Shown: positions 1-11,574 of the stretch, piece by piece | How the letters are laid out: the number at the start of each line of letters is the position of its first letter | Position numbering within the stretch: the first letter of the stretch is position 1 | NCBI GenBank assembly: GCA_937924675.1 | Contig: CALEVL010000173.1 | Coordinates: 284 to 64,283 of the forward strand | Reading direction: 5' to 3' | Origin: an uncultured Ignavibacteria bacterium | GTDB lineage: Bacteria > Bacteroidota > Ignavibacteria > Tepidaquicellales > Tepidaquicellaceae | DNA length: 64,000 bases | Translations under genes and position numbers: made by a program | Notes under the pieces: generated by a model | The model's input: the letters and a program-made list of their open reading frames with translations, nothing else | Told to the model about the DNA's origin: nothing | The model's database searches: none

Positions 1-25
1 TCACAAAGAAACCAAGTAATTTTAT

Positions 26-98
26 ACGGGTGTAGCTCAATTGGTAGAGTAGCGGTCTCCAAAACCGTTGGTTGGGGGTTCGAGTCCCTCCTCCCGTG
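26..98 (+). tRNA. trnW: tRNA-Trp (anticodon CCA)
   Basis: Hand-folded cloverleaf: acceptor 26-32/91-97 (one U-U mismatch), D arm GCTC-AATTGGTA-GAGT, anticodon stem GCGGT/ACCGT with loop CTCCAAA, and T arm GGGGG-TTCGAGT-CCCTC. No CCA is encoded. It holds the conserved position upstream of secE-nusG. Confidence 0.9.
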
Positions 99-125
99 CG
101 GAACGCAGAAAAATTTAAAAAGCGA

Positions 126-308
126 ATGAAAGACAAGATAATCAATTTTTTTGAGGATATTTACAAGGAGATGAAGAAGGTCTCCTGGCCCAAGAAGCCG
201 GAGCTTATCGATTCAACTAAGATTGTCATTATTACAATGCTGATCTCTGCTGTTTTTGTTTATATTATTGACAAAGGTATCAGTGAACTGCTAAAAGCAA
301 TATTTTAA
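126..308 (+). CDS. secE: Preprotein translocase subunit SecE
   Basis: 60-aa product from the ATG at 126, with a single C-terminal TM helix (IVIITMLISAVFVYII). Conserved tRNA-Trp/secE/nusG synteny. The ORF-track start at 72 lies inside the tRNA and is rejected. Confidence 0.85.
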   Translation: MKDKIINFFEDIYKEMKKVSWPKKPELIDSTKIVIITMLISAVFVYIIDKGISELLKAIF

Positions 309-316
309 AAGAGATA

Positions 317-958
317 ATGGGTGATAGCGCAATTCCCGAAGAAACAGAAATGACAGATACCGAAAATTTAGATGCTGAAGCTTCTGAGCCTGAAGAAGAA
401 GATCAAGGGAGTTTCAGGTGGTATGCTGTCAGGGTAATCTCAGGGCATGAAAAGAAAGTCAAGGTTTATCTTGATACTGAGATAAGGAATGAAGGTCTTG
501 AGAGCAGGATAAGAAATGTTCTTATCCCGTTGGAAAAAGTATATGAAGTAAAGGGTGGAAAGAAAAGAGCTAAGGAAAAGAGTTTTCTGCCGGGTTACAT
601 TTTGCTGGAAGCCGATCTGGATGATAATATCAGGGATTTTATTTCAAAGACACCTTCGATCATCAACATGGTCGGGTCAAAGAGTGTTAAGGGAAAACGA
701 CTGGATATAACTCCTATCAAGTCCACTGAGATCAAGAGGATAAAATCGATCCTTAATGAGGAAAGTGTAGAAGAGAAGCTTGATGTGAATCTGAATGTTG
801 GAGACCCCGTAAAAGTAACAAGCGGTCCTTTCAACAACTTCAGCGGAAACATACTCGAGGTCAATCTTGAGAAGTTGAAGGTAAAGGTAATGGTGAGCAT
901 TTTTGGAAGAAAGACACCGATCGAACTTGAAATAACACAGATAGAAAAAGAAAAATAG
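317..958 (+). CDS. nusG: Transcription termination/antitermination factor NusG
   Basis: NGN motif WYAVRVISGHEKKV and KOW motif GDPVKVTSGPFNNFSGNILEV. Sits upstream of rplK. Has an acidic N-terminal extension of about 33 aa. Confidence 0.95.
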   Translation: MGDSAIPEETEMTDTENLDAEASEPEEEDQGSFRWYAVRVISGHEKKVKVYLDTEIRNEGLESRIRNVLIPLEKVYEVKGGKKRAKEKSFLPGYILLEADLDDNIRDFISKTPSIINMVGSKSVKGKRLDITPIKSTEIKRIKSILNEESVEEKLDVNLNVGDPVKVTSGPFNNFSGNILEVNLEKLKVKVMVSIFGRKTPIELEITQIEKEK

Positions 959-975
959 TTTAAAACAACCTTTTT

Positions 976-1401
976 ATGGCAAAGAAAATAACAGGATTCA
1001 TAAAGCTTCAGATACCGGCCGGTAATGCAACAATGGCTCCTCCGGTTGGACCCGCCCTCGGACAAAGAGGAGTAAACGGAATGGAATTCTGCAAGCAATT
1101 CAATGCAAGAACGCAGGAGAAAAAGGGTTTGATAATTCCGGTAGTTATCACAGTCTTTTCTGACAAATCGTTTACATTTATTACAAAGACTCCTCCGGCG
1201 GCAATACTTTTGTTAAGGGCAGCCGGAATTGAAAAGGGTTCCGGAGTTCCGAATAAGACAAAGGTCGGCAAGGTATCAAAGACGCAACTTCAGGAAATAG
1301 CTGAAACAAAGATGCCGGATCTCAATGTACACGATGTCAATGCTGCAATGAAGCTTGTTGCAGGTACGGCCCGCAGCATGGGAATTACCGTAGAAAACTA
1401 A
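976..1401 (+). CDS. rplK: 50S ribosomal protein L11
   Basis: N-terminus [34 protein letters not shown] is canonical L11. Confidence 0.97.
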   Translation: MAKKITGFIKLQIPAGNATMAPPVGPALGQRGVNGMEFCKQFNARTQEKKGLIIPVVITVFSDKSFTFITKTPPAAILLLRAAGIEKGSGVPNKTKVGKVSKTQLQEIAETKMPDLNVHDVNAAMKLVAGTARSMGITVEN

Positions 1402-1413
1402 ATTTAATTTTCA

Positions 1414-2118
1414 ATGAAGCTCACAAAGAAACAAAAAGAAAACGTAAAGGCGATTGACACTGCAAAAGAATACAGTATCAGCGAAGCAGTTTCAATTCTT
1501 AAGAAAGCCAAGAAGGCAAAGTTTGATGAGTCAGTGGATATTGCAGTGCGACTCGGAGTAGATCCAAAGCATGCAGATCAGGTGGTCAGAGGTACTGTTG
1601 CTCTTCCAAATGGTACGGGAAAGAGCGTTAGAGTATTGGTGATCGCCAAGCCTGAAAAGCAGGATGAAGCAAGGGAAGCCGGTGCAGAGCATGTGGGATT
1701 TGAAGATTATGTCAAGAAAATACAGGAAGGTTGGACAGACATTGATGTAATAATTGCCGCACCTGATACAATGAGTGAACTTGGAAAGATTGGAAAGATA
1801 CTTGGTCCAAGAGGACTTATGCCGAATCCAAAGAGCGGTACTGTAACACCGAATGTAGGACAAGCTGTGAAAGAAGTTAAGGCTGGTAAAATTGATTTCC
1901 GTGTTGACAAGACAGGTATCGTTCATTCGATAATTGGAAAGCTTTCATTTGATGAGGTAAAGATACAGGAGAATGCTCAGGCATTTGTAAATATGATAGT
2001 GAAATTGAAACCTCCGGCGGCAAAGGGGATATACATAAAGAGCATTACGCTTTCAAGCACAATGGGTCCCGGAATAAAAGTTGACAAGAGTATGTCAGTT
2101 GTAAAAGTAGCTGCATAA
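1414..2118 (+). CDS. rplA: 50S ribosomal protein L1
   Basis: L1 motifs GKSVRVLV and [15 protein letters not shown]. Synteny rplK-rplA. Confidence 0.97.
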   Translation: MKLTKKQKENVKAIDTAKEYSISEAVSILKKAKKAKFDESVDIAVRLGVDPKHADQVVRGTVALPNGTGKSVRVLVIAKPEKQDEAREAGAEHVGFEDYVKKIQEGWTDIDVIIAAPDTMSELGKIGKILGPRGLMPNPKSGTVTPNVGQAVKEVKAGKIDFRVDKTGIVHSIIGKLSFDEVKIQENAQAFVNMIVKLKPPAAKGIYIKSITLSSTMGPGIKVDKSMSVVKVAA

Positions 2119-2208
2119 CATAAAGAAATTACGCACTCAGGTAATATATACCTGCCCCGCTTCAGGCAGGCAAAAAATGCAACGCACAATTAATCTAAAA
2201 GGTCCACA

Positions 2209-2742
2209 ATGAACAAAGAGCAGAAAGTCAATGCAGTGAAGGAAATCAGGGAACTGATAGACGCTTCTGAGTCTATGTACCTGACTGATTTCACGGGGTT
2301 GACGGTTGAGCAAGTTAATGAGCTGAGGAAGGAGTTTTACAAATCTGAGATCAAGTACAAAGTTGTCAAGAACAGACTGACAGCCCGTGCACTTAAGGAA
2401 TCAGGAAAATATTCCACTCACTTTGATCTGCTCAATGAAACTTTAAATGGCCCGACAGGTATTATTTTCACGTCGAAAGATCCGGTTGCACCGGCCAAGA
2501 TCATCAAAAAATTTGCTGATAAAACCGAGAAACCTAAGCTTAAGCTGGCTATCGTTGAAAATGAGGTTTACGATTCGAAGCAACTGAACCAACTTGCATC
2601 TCTGGCTTCGAAAGAAGAGCTGATTGCAAGCATACTTGGTTCATTGGATTCACCCGCATCAGGCATTGTCGGTTCACTTAATGCCGTAATGAGGGATCTA
2701 TTCAGTGTAATAGAAGAAGTGGCCAAGAAAAGAGCCGCTTAA
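2209..2742 (+). CDS. rplJ: 50S ribosomal protein L10
   Basis: 177 aa with L10-like sequence, placed between rplA and rplL. Preceded by a 90-nt leader. Confidence 0.93.
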   Translation: MNKEQKVNAVKEIRELIDASESMYLTDFTGLTVEQVNELRKEFYKSEIKYKVVKNRLTARALKESGKYSTHFDLLNETLNGPTGIIFTSKDPVAPAKIIKKFADKTEKPKLKLAIVENEVYDSKQLNQLASLASKEELIASILGSLDSPASGIVGSLNAVMRDLFSVIEEVAKKRAA

Positions 2743-2777
2743 TTTTTAATAAATTTTAACAAAAAAGAGGTCAACAA

Positions 2778-3149
2778 ATGTCAGTACAAGAAATTGCCGA
2801 TAAGATTGGCGAACTTACATTAACTCAAGCTTCAGAACTTAAGAAGATCCTTGAAGATAAATTTGGTGTTACTGCAGCTGCTCCTATGATGGTAGCAGGC
2901 GGTGCTCCGGCAGCAGCAGCTCCGGCAGCAGAAGAACAAACTGAATTCACAGTCATTCTTGCAGATGCAGGTGCACAGAAGATCAACGTTATTAAAGCTG
3001 TAAAGAATGCAACCGGACTTGGACTAACAGAAGCCAAATCACTGGTTGAAAGCGCACCAAAACCTGTTAAGGAAAATATTTCAAAAGCAGATGCAGACAA
3101 GCTCAAAGCTGATCTTGAAGCTGCAGGTGCTAAAGTTGAAATTAAGTAA
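2778..3149 (+). CDS. rplL: 50S ribosomal protein L7/L12
   Basis: Ala/Pro-rich hinge ([14 protein letters not shown]) and C-terminal domain ([12 protein letters not shown] ... [16 protein letters not shown]). SD AAAGAGG upstream. Confidence 0.97.
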   Translation: MSVQEIADKIGELTLTQASELKKILEDKFGVTAAAPMMVAGGAPAAAAPAAEEQTEFTVILADAGAQKINVIKAVKNATGLGLTEAKSLVESAPKPVKENISKADADKLKADLEAAGAKVEIK

Positions 3150-3200
3150 TTCCTTCAACATCCATATATTTTACGTAATTTCTTTTCAAAAATTGCATAG

Positions 3201-3235
3201 TCCCGACAAGAATTCTGATGTCGGGATTATTCATT
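3201..3235 (+). terminator. rplL-rpoB intergenic hairpin (probable partial terminator/attenuator)
   Basis: 8-bp stem TCCCGACA (3201-3208) / TGTCGGGA (3219-3226), followed by the T-rich run TTATTCATT. Same position as the known rplL-rpoB attenuator of other bacteria. Confidence 0.5.
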
Positions 3236-3258
3236 AAATTAACCGGGGGTTAAATAAA

Positions 3259-6200
3259 TTGGAATCAAGAGAAGTTGATCTTGGATTGAAGCCGATAAGT
3301 GTGAAAAATGACAGACTCACGTTTGCCAAGACTCCGCTAGAACATGATCCACCTGACCTGCTAAAGGTACAGGTACAGTCGTACAAAGATTTTTTGCAGG
3401 AAGAAATACCTGCCAGCAAGAGAAAATCGCAGGGACTGCAAAAAGTTTTTGAAGATAACTTTCCGATAACAGATTCAAGGGAAACGGCCTTGCTTGAGTT
3501 TGTTGACTACTATCTTGAAAAGCCGCATTACTCCGTCATCGAATGTCAGGAGCAGGGGCTCACTTATGCTGTTCAGGTAAAGGCGAGGCTGAGACTTTCA
3601 ACGAAGCCGAATACTGCAGCTAAGGAATATAACTATACAATTGAGAACGATGTTTATCTGGGAAACCTTCCCTATATGACACCAAGGGGAAGCTTTATTA
3701 TTAATGGCGCTGAAAGAGTTATAGTCAGCCAGCTTCACAGGTCACCGGGAGTTGTGTTCAGTGAATCAATACATGCTAACGGAACGAAACTGTATTCCGC
3801 CAGGGTAATTCCTTTCAGAGGATCATGGGTTGAGTTTACAACCGATATAAATAATCTGCTTTATGCCTACGTTGACAGAAAGAAGAAATTCTATTTCTCC
3901 ACTCTGCTAAAAGCGCTCGGTATAAATGAGAAGACGCAAATGCTTGATCTGTTCGGACTTGCAGAATCAGTGAAACTCAATGACAAGAATTATCTTGATT
4001 ATGTTGACAGGATAGTTGTTGAAAATGTTGTAAATAAGGATACCGGAGAAGACACAGGCATTCCTGAGAATTCATTGCTCTCAGGCGAGCAGCTGTTAAC
4101 TGCTGTTCAGTCAAAAGTGGGTGAACTCAGACTGAAAAAATTGAATATTACTGATGGCGAAGAAATAATCTTCAATACCATCATGAGTGATAATGATGAA
4201 AGTGAGCTTCTTGAAAAACTTCCAGAGACAACACCTACAAAGGAAAGGAAGTCTTCAAGCATGATTGAGTCAGAGAATGAAAGTGCCAGAAGCTATATTG
4301 AAAAACTATTTTTCAACCCGAAGAAATATGATCTCGGAGAAGTCGGAAGATATAAGATCAATTACAAGCTCAATACAGACATCGACAGGCATACAACAAT
4401 CCTGACGCTTGAAGATATCGTAAATATTATTAATCATATCAGAGATCTTGTTGATAACAAGAAGGAAGTGGATGATATAGACCATCTTGGAAACAGAAGA
4501 GTCAGAACAGTGAATGAACAGTTATCTGCTCAGTTCTCACTCGGACTTTCCAGAATGTCCAGGACAATCAGAGACAAGATGAGCATACATGATGAAGAGA
4601 ATCTGACACCTACCAGACTTATCAGCGCAAGACCAATAACCAGCGCGCTTGCTTCATTCTTCGGAACAAGCCAGTTGTCGCAGTTTATGGATCAGACGAA
4701 TCCTCTTGCTGAAATGACTCACAAGAGAAGGATCAGCGCTTTAGGACCTGGCGGACTTTCGAGAGAAAGAGCAGGATTTGAAGTAAGAGACGTTCACTAT
4801 ACTCATTACGGAAGACTCTGCCCGATCGAGACTCCGGAAGGACCGAACATCGGACTTATTTCTTCTCTCTGCATTCATTCGAGAGTAAACGAACTCGGAT
4901 TTATTGAGACACCTTACAGGAAAGTTGAGAATGAGATCGTAACTGATAAAATCGAATATCTTTCTGCAGAGAAGGAAGACTTCTACAGAATTGCACAGGC
5001 AAATGAGCCGTTGGATAAGAAAGGCAAATTTGTCAATGAGAGAGTTAAGGGAAGATTCAAAGGTGACTTCCCGCTGTTCAAACATGAGGAAATTGATTTC
5101 ATGGATGTTGCAACCAATCAGATCGTCAGTGCAGCAGCAGCTTTGATACCATTCCTTGAGCATGATGATGCAAACAGAGCGCTGATGGGTAGTAATATGC
5201 AGAGACAGGCAGTACCTCTTCTCAGGCCCGAAGCTCCGGTTGTAGGAACCGGTTTTGAAGAAATCGTTGCAAGAGATTCAAGAACAATGCTTGCGGCAGA
5301 GAATGACGGAGTTGTTGAATATGTTTCGGGAGATAAGATCATTGTTAGATATAATGTAAAGGATGATTCTGATGAGAGTCTTCTGAGTTTTGATGACAGG
5401 AAACTGGTTGAATATCAGCTGATAAAGTTCCTCAGAACAAACCAGGATACCTCTATAAATCAAAGACCTGTAGTAACAGAAGGTCAGAGAGTAAAAAGAG
5501 GTGATATACTTGCCGACGGATCTTCAACTCAGCACGGTGAACTTGCTTTGGGAAGGAATGTGCTGGTTGCATTTATGCCATGGCGTGGTTACAACTTCGA
5601 AGATGCTATTGTAATTAGTGAGAAGCTTGTTGCATATGATGTATATACATCAATCCATATAGAAGAATTCAGTCTCGAAGTAAGAGACACAAAAAGAGGC
5701 GAAGAAGAACTGACAAAGGAAATTCCGAATGTCAGTGAAGAAGCAACAAAGGACCTTGATGAGAATGGTGTTGTAAGAGTAGGTGCTGAAGTTAAGGAAA
5801 GCGACATACTTATCGGAAAAGTCACTCCAAAAGGAGAAACAGAACCTACTCCTGAAGAGAAACTTCTCCGTGCAATTTTCGGAGATAAGGCAGGTGATGT
5901 AAAAGATGCTTCGCTTAAGGCTCCTCCGGGACTAAAGGGAGTAGTAATAAACAAAAAACTATTCTCAAGAAAGACAAGAGACACGGAAAGCAAGAGAGAT
6001 GAAAAAAGAAGAATAGACAGGTTCGAAGCTGAGAGAAAAAAGGAGATCAAAGACCTCAACAGAAAGATTGCCGAGAAGTTTGATACTTTGCTTGATGGAA
6101 AAGATTCGAAAGGATTGAAGGATAAGAAAGGCAATTTCATTGTAAAGAGCGGTGTAAAATTCAAACCGGAAACATTTATTGGTCTGATAGAAAATCAGGG

Positions 6201-7098
6201 CTATGAAATATCTGATTTTGATTATGATCATGACTGGACTGATAATAAAAGAGCTCTTTTACTTATTCCTGATATTACCAGGAATTACAGCTTCAAGATG
6301 AATGAGATTGAAGAGAGATACAAGAGGCTTAAAGATAAAGTTAAGCTTGGAGACGAGTTGCCTACTGGTGTTGTAAAGCTTGCCAAAGTATATGTTGCCA
6401 AAAAGAGAAAACTCTCTGTTGGTGATAAGATGGCAGGAAGACACGGTAACAAAGGTGTAGTGGCAAAGATCGTACCGCAGGAAGACATGCCATTCCTTCC
6501 GGACGGAACTCCGGTTGATATTGTTCTCAATCCTCTTGGTGTGCCTTCGAGAATGAATCTCGGACAGCTTTATGAAACGGCTCTCGGATGGGCAGCTAAG
6601 AAACTGGGAGTTAAATTTGCCACACCGATATTTGACGGAGCTTCTGTAGATGAGATAATGACTACGCTTGAAGCGGCCGGGCTGAGTACAAATTCAAGAA
6701 CTGATTTGTATGACGGGATGACAGGGGAGAAGTTTGATCAGCAGGTAACAGTTGGATTTATATACATGCTGAAACTATCTCACTTAGTTGATGATAAGAT
6801 GCATGCCAGGTCGATCGGACCGTATTCGCTGATCACTCAGCAGCCGCTTGGCGGAAAAGCCCAATTCGGCGGTCAGAGGTTCGGAGAAATGGAATGCTGG
6901 GCATTGCAGGGTTATGGTGCAGCTCACATACTGCAGGAGATGCTGACTTACAAGAGTGATGATGTTACCGGAAGAAGCAAGGTATATGAATCAATTATTA
7001 AAGGTGAGAACCTGCCTGAGCCCGGAATACCTGAATCTTTCAATGTGCTGCTGAAAGAACTTCAGGGATTGTGTCTGGATGTGAATCTGGAAGAGTAG
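3259..7098 (+). CDS. rpoB: DNA-directed RNA polymerase subunit beta
   Basis: 1279 aa with TTG start. Motifs GPGGLSRERAGFEVRDVHYTHYGRLCPIETPEGPNIGLI, GDKMAGRHGNKGV and QRFGEMECWAL. Confidence 0.98.
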   Translation: MESREVDLGLKPISVKNDRLTFAKTPLEHDPPDLLKVQVQSYKDFLQEEIPASKRKSQGLQKVFEDNFPITDSRETALLEFVDYYLEKPHYSVIECQEQGLTYAVQVKARLRLSTKPNTAAKEYNYTIENDVYLGNLPYMTPRGSFIINGAERVIVSQLHRSPGVVFSESIHANGTKLYSARVIPFRGSWVEFTTDINNLLYAYVDRKKKFYFSTLLKALGINEKTQMLDLFGLAESVKLNDKNYLDYVDRIVVENVVNKDTGEDTGIPENSLLSGEQLLTAVQSKVGELRLKKLNITDGEEIIFNTIMSDNDESELLEKLPETTPTKERKSSSMIESENESARSYIEKLFFNPKKYDLGEVGRYKINYKLNTDIDRHTTILTLEDIVNIINHIRDLVDNKKEVDDIDHLGNRRVRTVNEQLSAQFSLGLSRMSRTIRDKMSIHDEENLTPTRLISARPITSALASFFGTSQLSQFMDQTNPLAEMTHKRRISALGPGGLSRERAGFEVRDVHYTHYGRLCPIETPEGPNIGLISSLCIHSRVNELGFIETPYRKVENEIVTDKIEYLSAEKEDFYRIAQANEPLDKKGKFVNERVKGRFKGDFPLFKHEEIDFMDVATNQIVSAAAALIPFLEHDDANRALMGSNMQRQAVPLLRPEAPVVGTGFEEIVARDSRTMLAAENDGVVEYVSGDKIIVRYNVKDDSDESLLSFDDRKLVEYQLIKFLRTNQDTSINQRPVVTEGQRVKRGDILADGSSTQHGELALGRNVLVAFMPWRGYNFEDAIVISEKLVAYDVYTSIHIEEFSLEVRDTKRGEEELTKEIPNVSEEATKDLDENGVVRVGAEVKESDILIGKVTPKGETEPTPEEKLLRAIFGDKAGDVKDASLKAPPGLKGVVINKKLFSRKTRDTESKRDEKRRIDRFEAERKKEIKDLNRKIAEKFDTLLDGKDSKGLKDKKGNFIVKSGVKFKPETFIGLIENQGYEISDFDYDHDWTDNKRALLLIPDITRNYSFKMNEIEERYKRLKDKVKLGDELPTGVVKLAKVYVAKKRKLSVGDKMAGRHGNKGVVAKIVPQEDMPFLPDGTPVDIVLNPLGVPSRMNLGQLYETALGWAAKKLGVKFATPIFDGASVDEIMTTLEAAGLSTNSRTDLYDGMTGEKFDQQVTVGFIYMLKLSHLVDDKMHARSIGPYSLITQQPLGGKAQFGGQRFGEMECWALQGYGAAHILQEMLTYKSDDVTGRSKVYESIIKGENLPEPGIPESFNVLLKELQGLCLDVNLEE

Positions 7099-7157
7099 AT
7101 GAATGTGCAAAGTAGTGATGTAATCCAATTTTAAAACAAAAATTTATTTTATACACA

Positions 7158-10100
7158 ATGGCTTTTAAAACAGAGCACAAGCGAAAGAGATTTGGTAAGA
7201 TTTCGATAAATCTCGCCTCAACTGATTCCATTGTCACAAGATCATATGGTGAGGTACTGAAGCCTGAAACAATTAATTACAGGACATTCAAACCGGACAA
7301 AGACGGTTTGTTCTGTGAGAAGATTTTCGGACCTGTCAGAGACTGGGAATGTCACTGCGGAAAGTATAAGGGCATAAGATATAAGGGTATTGTGTGCGAC
7401 AGGTGCGGAGTTGAAATAAATCTGAAGAGTGTCAGAAGAGAAAGAATGGGACATATTACGTTGAGTGTTCCGGTCGTTCACATTTGGTATTTCAGATCAA
7501 TGCCTTCGAAGATAGGACAAACGCTTGGCATTTCCTCGAAAGATCTTGAGAGAATTATTTATTATGAAACGTACGTTGTGATCAACCCCGGTAAGTCGCC
7601 ATACAAGAAATTGCAATTGCTTACCGAAGAAGAAGTGAATGAAGTACTTGACAGCATGACAGAAGAAGAGCATGCACTAGAAGATGATGATCCGAAAAAA
7701 TTTGTTGTAGGACAGGGTGGAGAAGCGATAAAAGAACTTCTTCACAGGATCAATATGGAAGATGAGATAACAAGGTTAAGGGGTGAACTTAAGGACGACC
7801 CGTCAGTTCTGAAGAAAACAGAGAATATTAAAAGACTCAGAGTTCTCGAAGCATTCAGAACAAAGCCGGGTTCAAGGCCGAATCTTCCTGAATGGATGGT
7901 CCTTGATGTGGTACCTGTCATTCCGCCTGAACTAAGGCCGCTTGTTCCTCTCGAAGGCGGCAGATTTGCAACCAGTGATCTGAATGATCTATACAGAAGA
8001 GTCATTATAAGAAATAACAGACTTAAGAGACTCATAGACATTAAAGCACCGGAAGTAATTCTAAGAAATGAAAAGAGAATGCTTCAGGAAGCTGTGGATG
8101 CTTTGCTTGACAACTCAAGAAGAGTGACCGCAGTTAAAGCTGAGAACAGGGCATTGAAATCCCTTTCCGATATTCTGAAAGGAAAGCAAGGCAGATTCAG
8201 ACAGAACCTGCTTGGTAAGAGAGTTGACTATTCAGGAAGGTCTGTAATCGTAGTCGGCCCTGAATTGAAACTGCATCAATGTGGATTGCCAAAAGATATG
8301 GCGCTTGAACTGTTCAAGCCGTTTGTTATAAGAAGATTGATTGACAGGGATTATGTGAAGACTGTTAAGAGCGCAAAGAAATTGATTGATAAGAGAACGC
8401 CGGAAGTATGGGACATTCTTGAGAATGTGATTGACGGGCATCCGGTAATGTTAAACCGAGCACCAACTCTGCACAGACTCAGCATACAGGCATTCCAGCC
8501 GGTTCTGATCGAAGGCAAGGCCATCACGCTTCATCCGTTCGTTTGTATTGCATTCAATGCAGACTTTGACGGTGACCAGATGGCAGTTCACGTTCCATTG
8601 TCTTTTGAGGCACAGCTTGAAGCGCAGATCCTTATGCTTTCATCTCACAATATTCTTTCGCCTCAAAACGGTGCGCCAATTACAATTCCTAATCAGGAAA
8701 TGATTCTGGGTTGCTACTATCTGACGAAAGAACTTAAAGGCGACAAGGGTGAAGGGAAATTATTTTCTTCCCCGGAAGAGGTTGTCATTGCATTTGATAA
8801 CAAGATGCTCGGACTTCATGCCAGGATCAAAGTAAGGATCAACGGGAAGATGATTGAAACAACAACCGGAAGAGTGATCTTCAACAAGATCGTTCCAAAG
8901 GACGTGCCATATATTAATGAGCTTCTCAAGAAGAAGAAGATCATTGAGATCATAGGGATGATCTACAATACCGTGGGTAATCTTGTAACAGCAAGATTCC
9001 TTGATGACCTGAAGGAAATCGGGTTCAAGTATGCAACGCTCGGCGGTCTTTCTGTAAATATTGATGATATCGAAGTTCCTGATTCCAAGAATGATATTAT
9101 CAAAGAAGCCCTGAAGAAAGTAGAAGGCATTGAGAAGTCGAAGTCAAGAGGAATTATTTCCGAAAACGAAAGATACAACAAGGTAATTGATATCTGGACA
9201 CACGTCCGGGATGAGGTGAAGAGAGACCTGATGCATAATCTTACAAGGTCCAAACTTGGATTCAATTCACTTCACATGATGATTGATTCAGGTGCAAGAG
9301 GTTCGGCTGAACAGGTCAGCCAGCTTGCAGGTATGAGAGGACTCATGCAGAAGCCGCAGAAATCTATGACAGGACAGGCAGGTGAGATAATTGAGAATCC
9401 GATCCTTGCAAACTTCAAGGAAGGTCTTTCAATCCTTGAGTACTTCATATCAACTCACGGTGCGAGAAAAGGACTTGCCGATACGGCTTTGAAAACTGCT
9501 GATGCAGGATATCTGACAAGAAGGCTTGTTGATGTAGCTCAGGATGTGATAATAACCGACAGTGATTGCGGCGTGCTTAGAGGTGTAATAACAGAAGCAT
9601 TGAAAGAAGGTGAAGATGTAAAAGAAACACTTGCAGAAAGAATTCTTGGCAGAGTAGCAGTTCATGATGTTGTGGATCCCCTTACAAAGAAGGTCATCAT
9701 AAAGTCAGGTGAGCTCATCACTGAAACCGAAGCTCAGATGGTTTCAGAAACTCCTATCAATTCCGTGGAGATTCGTTCGGTACTTACTTGTGAAACAAAG
9801 AGAGGTGTTTGTGCAAACTGTTACGGAAGAAATCTTGCAACAGGAAAGCTTGTTGAAGTTGGTGAAGCAGTAGGAATTATTGCTGCACAATCCATCGGTG
9901 AGCCGGGAACACAGCTTACACTCAGAACCTTCCACATCGGAGGTACTGCAAGCAAGATCATTACACAGTCACAGATTGTATCCAAGTTTGAAGGAAAGGT
10001 AAAGTTTGCTAATATCAGAATTGTTGAATACAAAGGAACTCTTGGAACAGAATATGTTTCACTGAGCAGAAACGGCATGATATATATTGTTGACGAAAAT

Positions 10101-11426
10101 GATTCGCAGCTTGCGAAATACAAAGTGTCATACGGCGCACATCTGAAGGTAAAGAACAATGAGAAGGTTAAGAAGAACGGACTTCTGTACGAATGGGATC
10201 CATACAACGAAGTTATAGTTGCAGAAGATGATGGTATCATACAGTATGTTGATATGGAAGAGGGAAGACAGTATGAGCAGATCAGAGATGAGCAGACCGG
10301 TCACTTCCAGAAGATTGTAATTGAAAGCCGGGACAAGACAAAATCTCCGGCAATTCAGATCACAAGTTCGAAGACAGATAAGGCATTGAGTTCTTATCTT
10401 ATTCCTGCAAAGGCAAATCTTTTGGTGGACGACGGCAATGACGTTAAAGCAGGAACTATCATAGTAAAGATTCCGAGAGAGTCAGGAAAGACAAGGGATA
10501 TAACCGGAGGTCTTCCAAGAGTGACTGAATTGTTTGAAGCCAGAAGTCCGAGTGATCCTGCAAAAGTTGCTGAGATCGACGGAGCAGTTGAGATTGGCAA
10601 GATCACAAGAGGAAGCCGTGAGCTTAAGATCATCAGCAAGGATGGCAGTAAGGTAGTCGATTACAAGATCCCAATCGGAAAACACATTCTTGTCAGGCAC
10701 GGTGATCAGGTAAAGTCAGGAGAGCAATTGACCGGCGGTGCGCTTGACCCTGTGGATATTCTAAAGATCAAGGGTGTATCAGAAGTTCAGGAATATCTTG
10801 TAAACGAAATTCAGGAAGTTTACAGAATTCAGGGTGTGAAGATCAACGACAAGCATATTGAAGTAATTGTTCGTCAGATGCTTCAGAAAGTGAAAGTTAC
10901 TGATACCGGTGATACCAACTTCCTCGAAGGAGATGTCATTCACAAGAATCTTTTTGCAGATGAGAATGAGAAGCTAAAAGGAATGGTTATTGTGACGGAT
11001 CCGGGTGACAGTGATAAGATTGTCGAAGGTGCAAAAATGCCGAAGAAAGAAGTGAAAGAATTGAATGTGGCATTGAAGAAAAAAGACGCAGCGCCTATCA
11101 AGTCAAGGGAAACAATTCCGGCAACCGGTGAGCCTGTCTTGCTTGGAATTACACAGACTTCACTCACTACTGAGAGCTTTATTTCAGCGGCATCATTCCA
11201 GGAAACCACGAAGGTGCTAACGGATGCGGCAATCAGAGGCAAAGTGGATCATCTTCTCGGTTTGAAGGAGAATGTAATTATCGGACAACTTATTCCTGCG
11301 GGAACAGGATTAAGGAAATACAGAGAAATTCTTGTTTCTCCAAGAGAAGAGTCTGAGGAAGAAATTCCTGAAAAACCAAAAGCAAGAGCAAAGAAGAAGG
11401 TGCAAGAAACAACAGAAGCAGAGTAA
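7158..11426 (+). CDS. rpoC: DNA-directed RNA polymerase subunit beta'
   Basis: 1422 aa. Zn-binding CHCGKYKG...CDRCGVE, catalytic [12 protein letters not shown] and the trigger-loop region. Confidence 0.98.
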   Translation: MAFKTEHKRKRFGKISINLASTDSIVTRSYGEVLKPETINYRTFKPDKDGLFCEKIFGPVRDWECHCGKYKGIRYKGIVCDRCGVEINLKSVRRERMGHITLSVPVVHIWYFRSMPSKIGQTLGISSKDLERIIYYETYVVINPGKSPYKKLQLLTEEEVNEVLDSMTEEEHALEDDDPKKFVVGQGGEAIKELLHRINMEDEITRLRGELKDDPSVLKKTENIKRLRVLEAFRTKPGSRPNLPEWMVLDVVPVIPPELRPLVPLEGGRFATSDLNDLYRRVIIRNNRLKRLIDIKAPEVILRNEKRMLQEAVDALLDNSRRVTAVKAENRALKSLSDILKGKQGRFRQNLLGKRVDYSGRSVIVVGPELKLHQCGLPKDMALELFKPFVIRRLIDRDYVKTVKSAKKLIDKRTPEVWDILENVIDGHPVMLNRAPTLHRLSIQAFQPVLIEGKAITLHPFVCIAFNADFDGDQMAVHVPLSFEAQLEAQILMLSSHNILSPQNGAPITIPNQEMILGCYYLTKELKGDKGEGKLFSSPEEVVIAFDNKMLGLHARIKVRINGKMIETTTGRVIFNKIVPKDVPYINELLKKKKIIEIIGMIYNTVGNLVTARFLDDLKEIGFKYATLGGLSVNIDDIEVPDSKNDIIKEALKKVEGIEKSKSRGIISENERYNKVIDIWTHVRDEVKRDLMHNLTRSKLGFNSLHMMIDSGARGSAEQVSQLAGMRGLMQKPQKSMTGQAGEIIENPILANFKEGLSILEYFISTHGARKGLADTALKTADAGYLTRRLVDVAQDVIITDSDCGVLRGVITEALKEGEDVKETLAERILGRVAVHDVVDPLTKKVIIKSGELITETEAQMVSETPINSVEIRSVLTCETKRGVCANCYGRNLATGKLVEVGEAVGIIAAQSIGEPGTQLTLRTFHIGGTASKIITQSQIVSKFEGKVKFANIRIVEYKGTLGTEYVSLSRNGMIYIVDENDSQLAKYKVSYGAHLKVKNNEKVKKNGLLYEWDPYNEVIVAEDDGIIQYVDMEEGRQYEQIRDEQTGHFQKIVIESRDKTKSPAIQITSSKTDKALSSYLIPAKANLLVDDGNDVKAGTIIVKIPRESGKTRDITGGLPRVTELFEARSPSDPAKVAEIDGAVEIGKITRGSRELKIISKDGSKVVDYKIPIGKHILVRHGDQVKSGEQLTGGALDPVDILKIKGVSEVQEYLVNEIQEVYRIQGVKINDKHIEVIVRQMLQKVKVTDTGDTNFLEGDVIHKNLFADENEKLKGMVIVTDPGDSDKIVEGAKMPKKEVKELNVALKKKDAAPIKSRETIPATGEPVLLGITQTSLTTESFISAASFQETTKVLTDAAIRGKVDHLLGLKENVIIGQLIPAGTGLRKYREILVSPREESEEEIPEKPKARAKKKVQETTEAE

Positions 11427-11451
11427 CATTCATATTGCAATAGTAATAAAA

Positions 11452-11485
11452 GAAGCCGTCTGAAATTCAGGCGGCTTTTTTGTTT
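11452..11485 (+). terminator. Rho-independent terminator after rpoC
   Basis: 10-bp stem AGCCGTCTGA (11453-11462) / TCAGGCGGCT (11466-11475, includes one G-U pair), loop AAT, then TTTTTGTTTT. Confidence 0.85.
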
Positions 11486-11528
11486 TAAAAAGAAAATCAG
11501 AATATTTTTGATTTGGAAACAGAAGAAC

Positions 11529-11557
11529 TTGAAAAGTCATATTGAAGTTCTTATAAT
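11529..11557 (+). promoter_or_regulatory. Sigma70-like promoter (TTGAAA-17 nt-TATAAT)
   Basis: -35 TTGAAA at 11529-11534, a 17-nt spacer, and a perfect -10 TATAAT at 11552-11557. It lies 18 nt upstream of the first ATG of the following ORF. Confidence 0.45.
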
Positions 11558-11574
11558 TTTTCAATGCATCCTAA

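Noticed and set aside
72-125. The N-terminal part of the ORF-track secE ORF (MGVRVPPPVRNAEKFKKR).
   Set aside because: It overlaps the T arm and acceptor stem of tRNA-Trp. The internal ATG at 126 gives a normal 60-aa SecE.
3931-4294. An apparent insertion in RpoB (around residues 225-345), and a second one near residues 900-1010.
   Set aside because: These fall at the positions of the well-known lineage-variable, dispensable beta-subunit insertions, which are also present in E. coli. They are not unusual.
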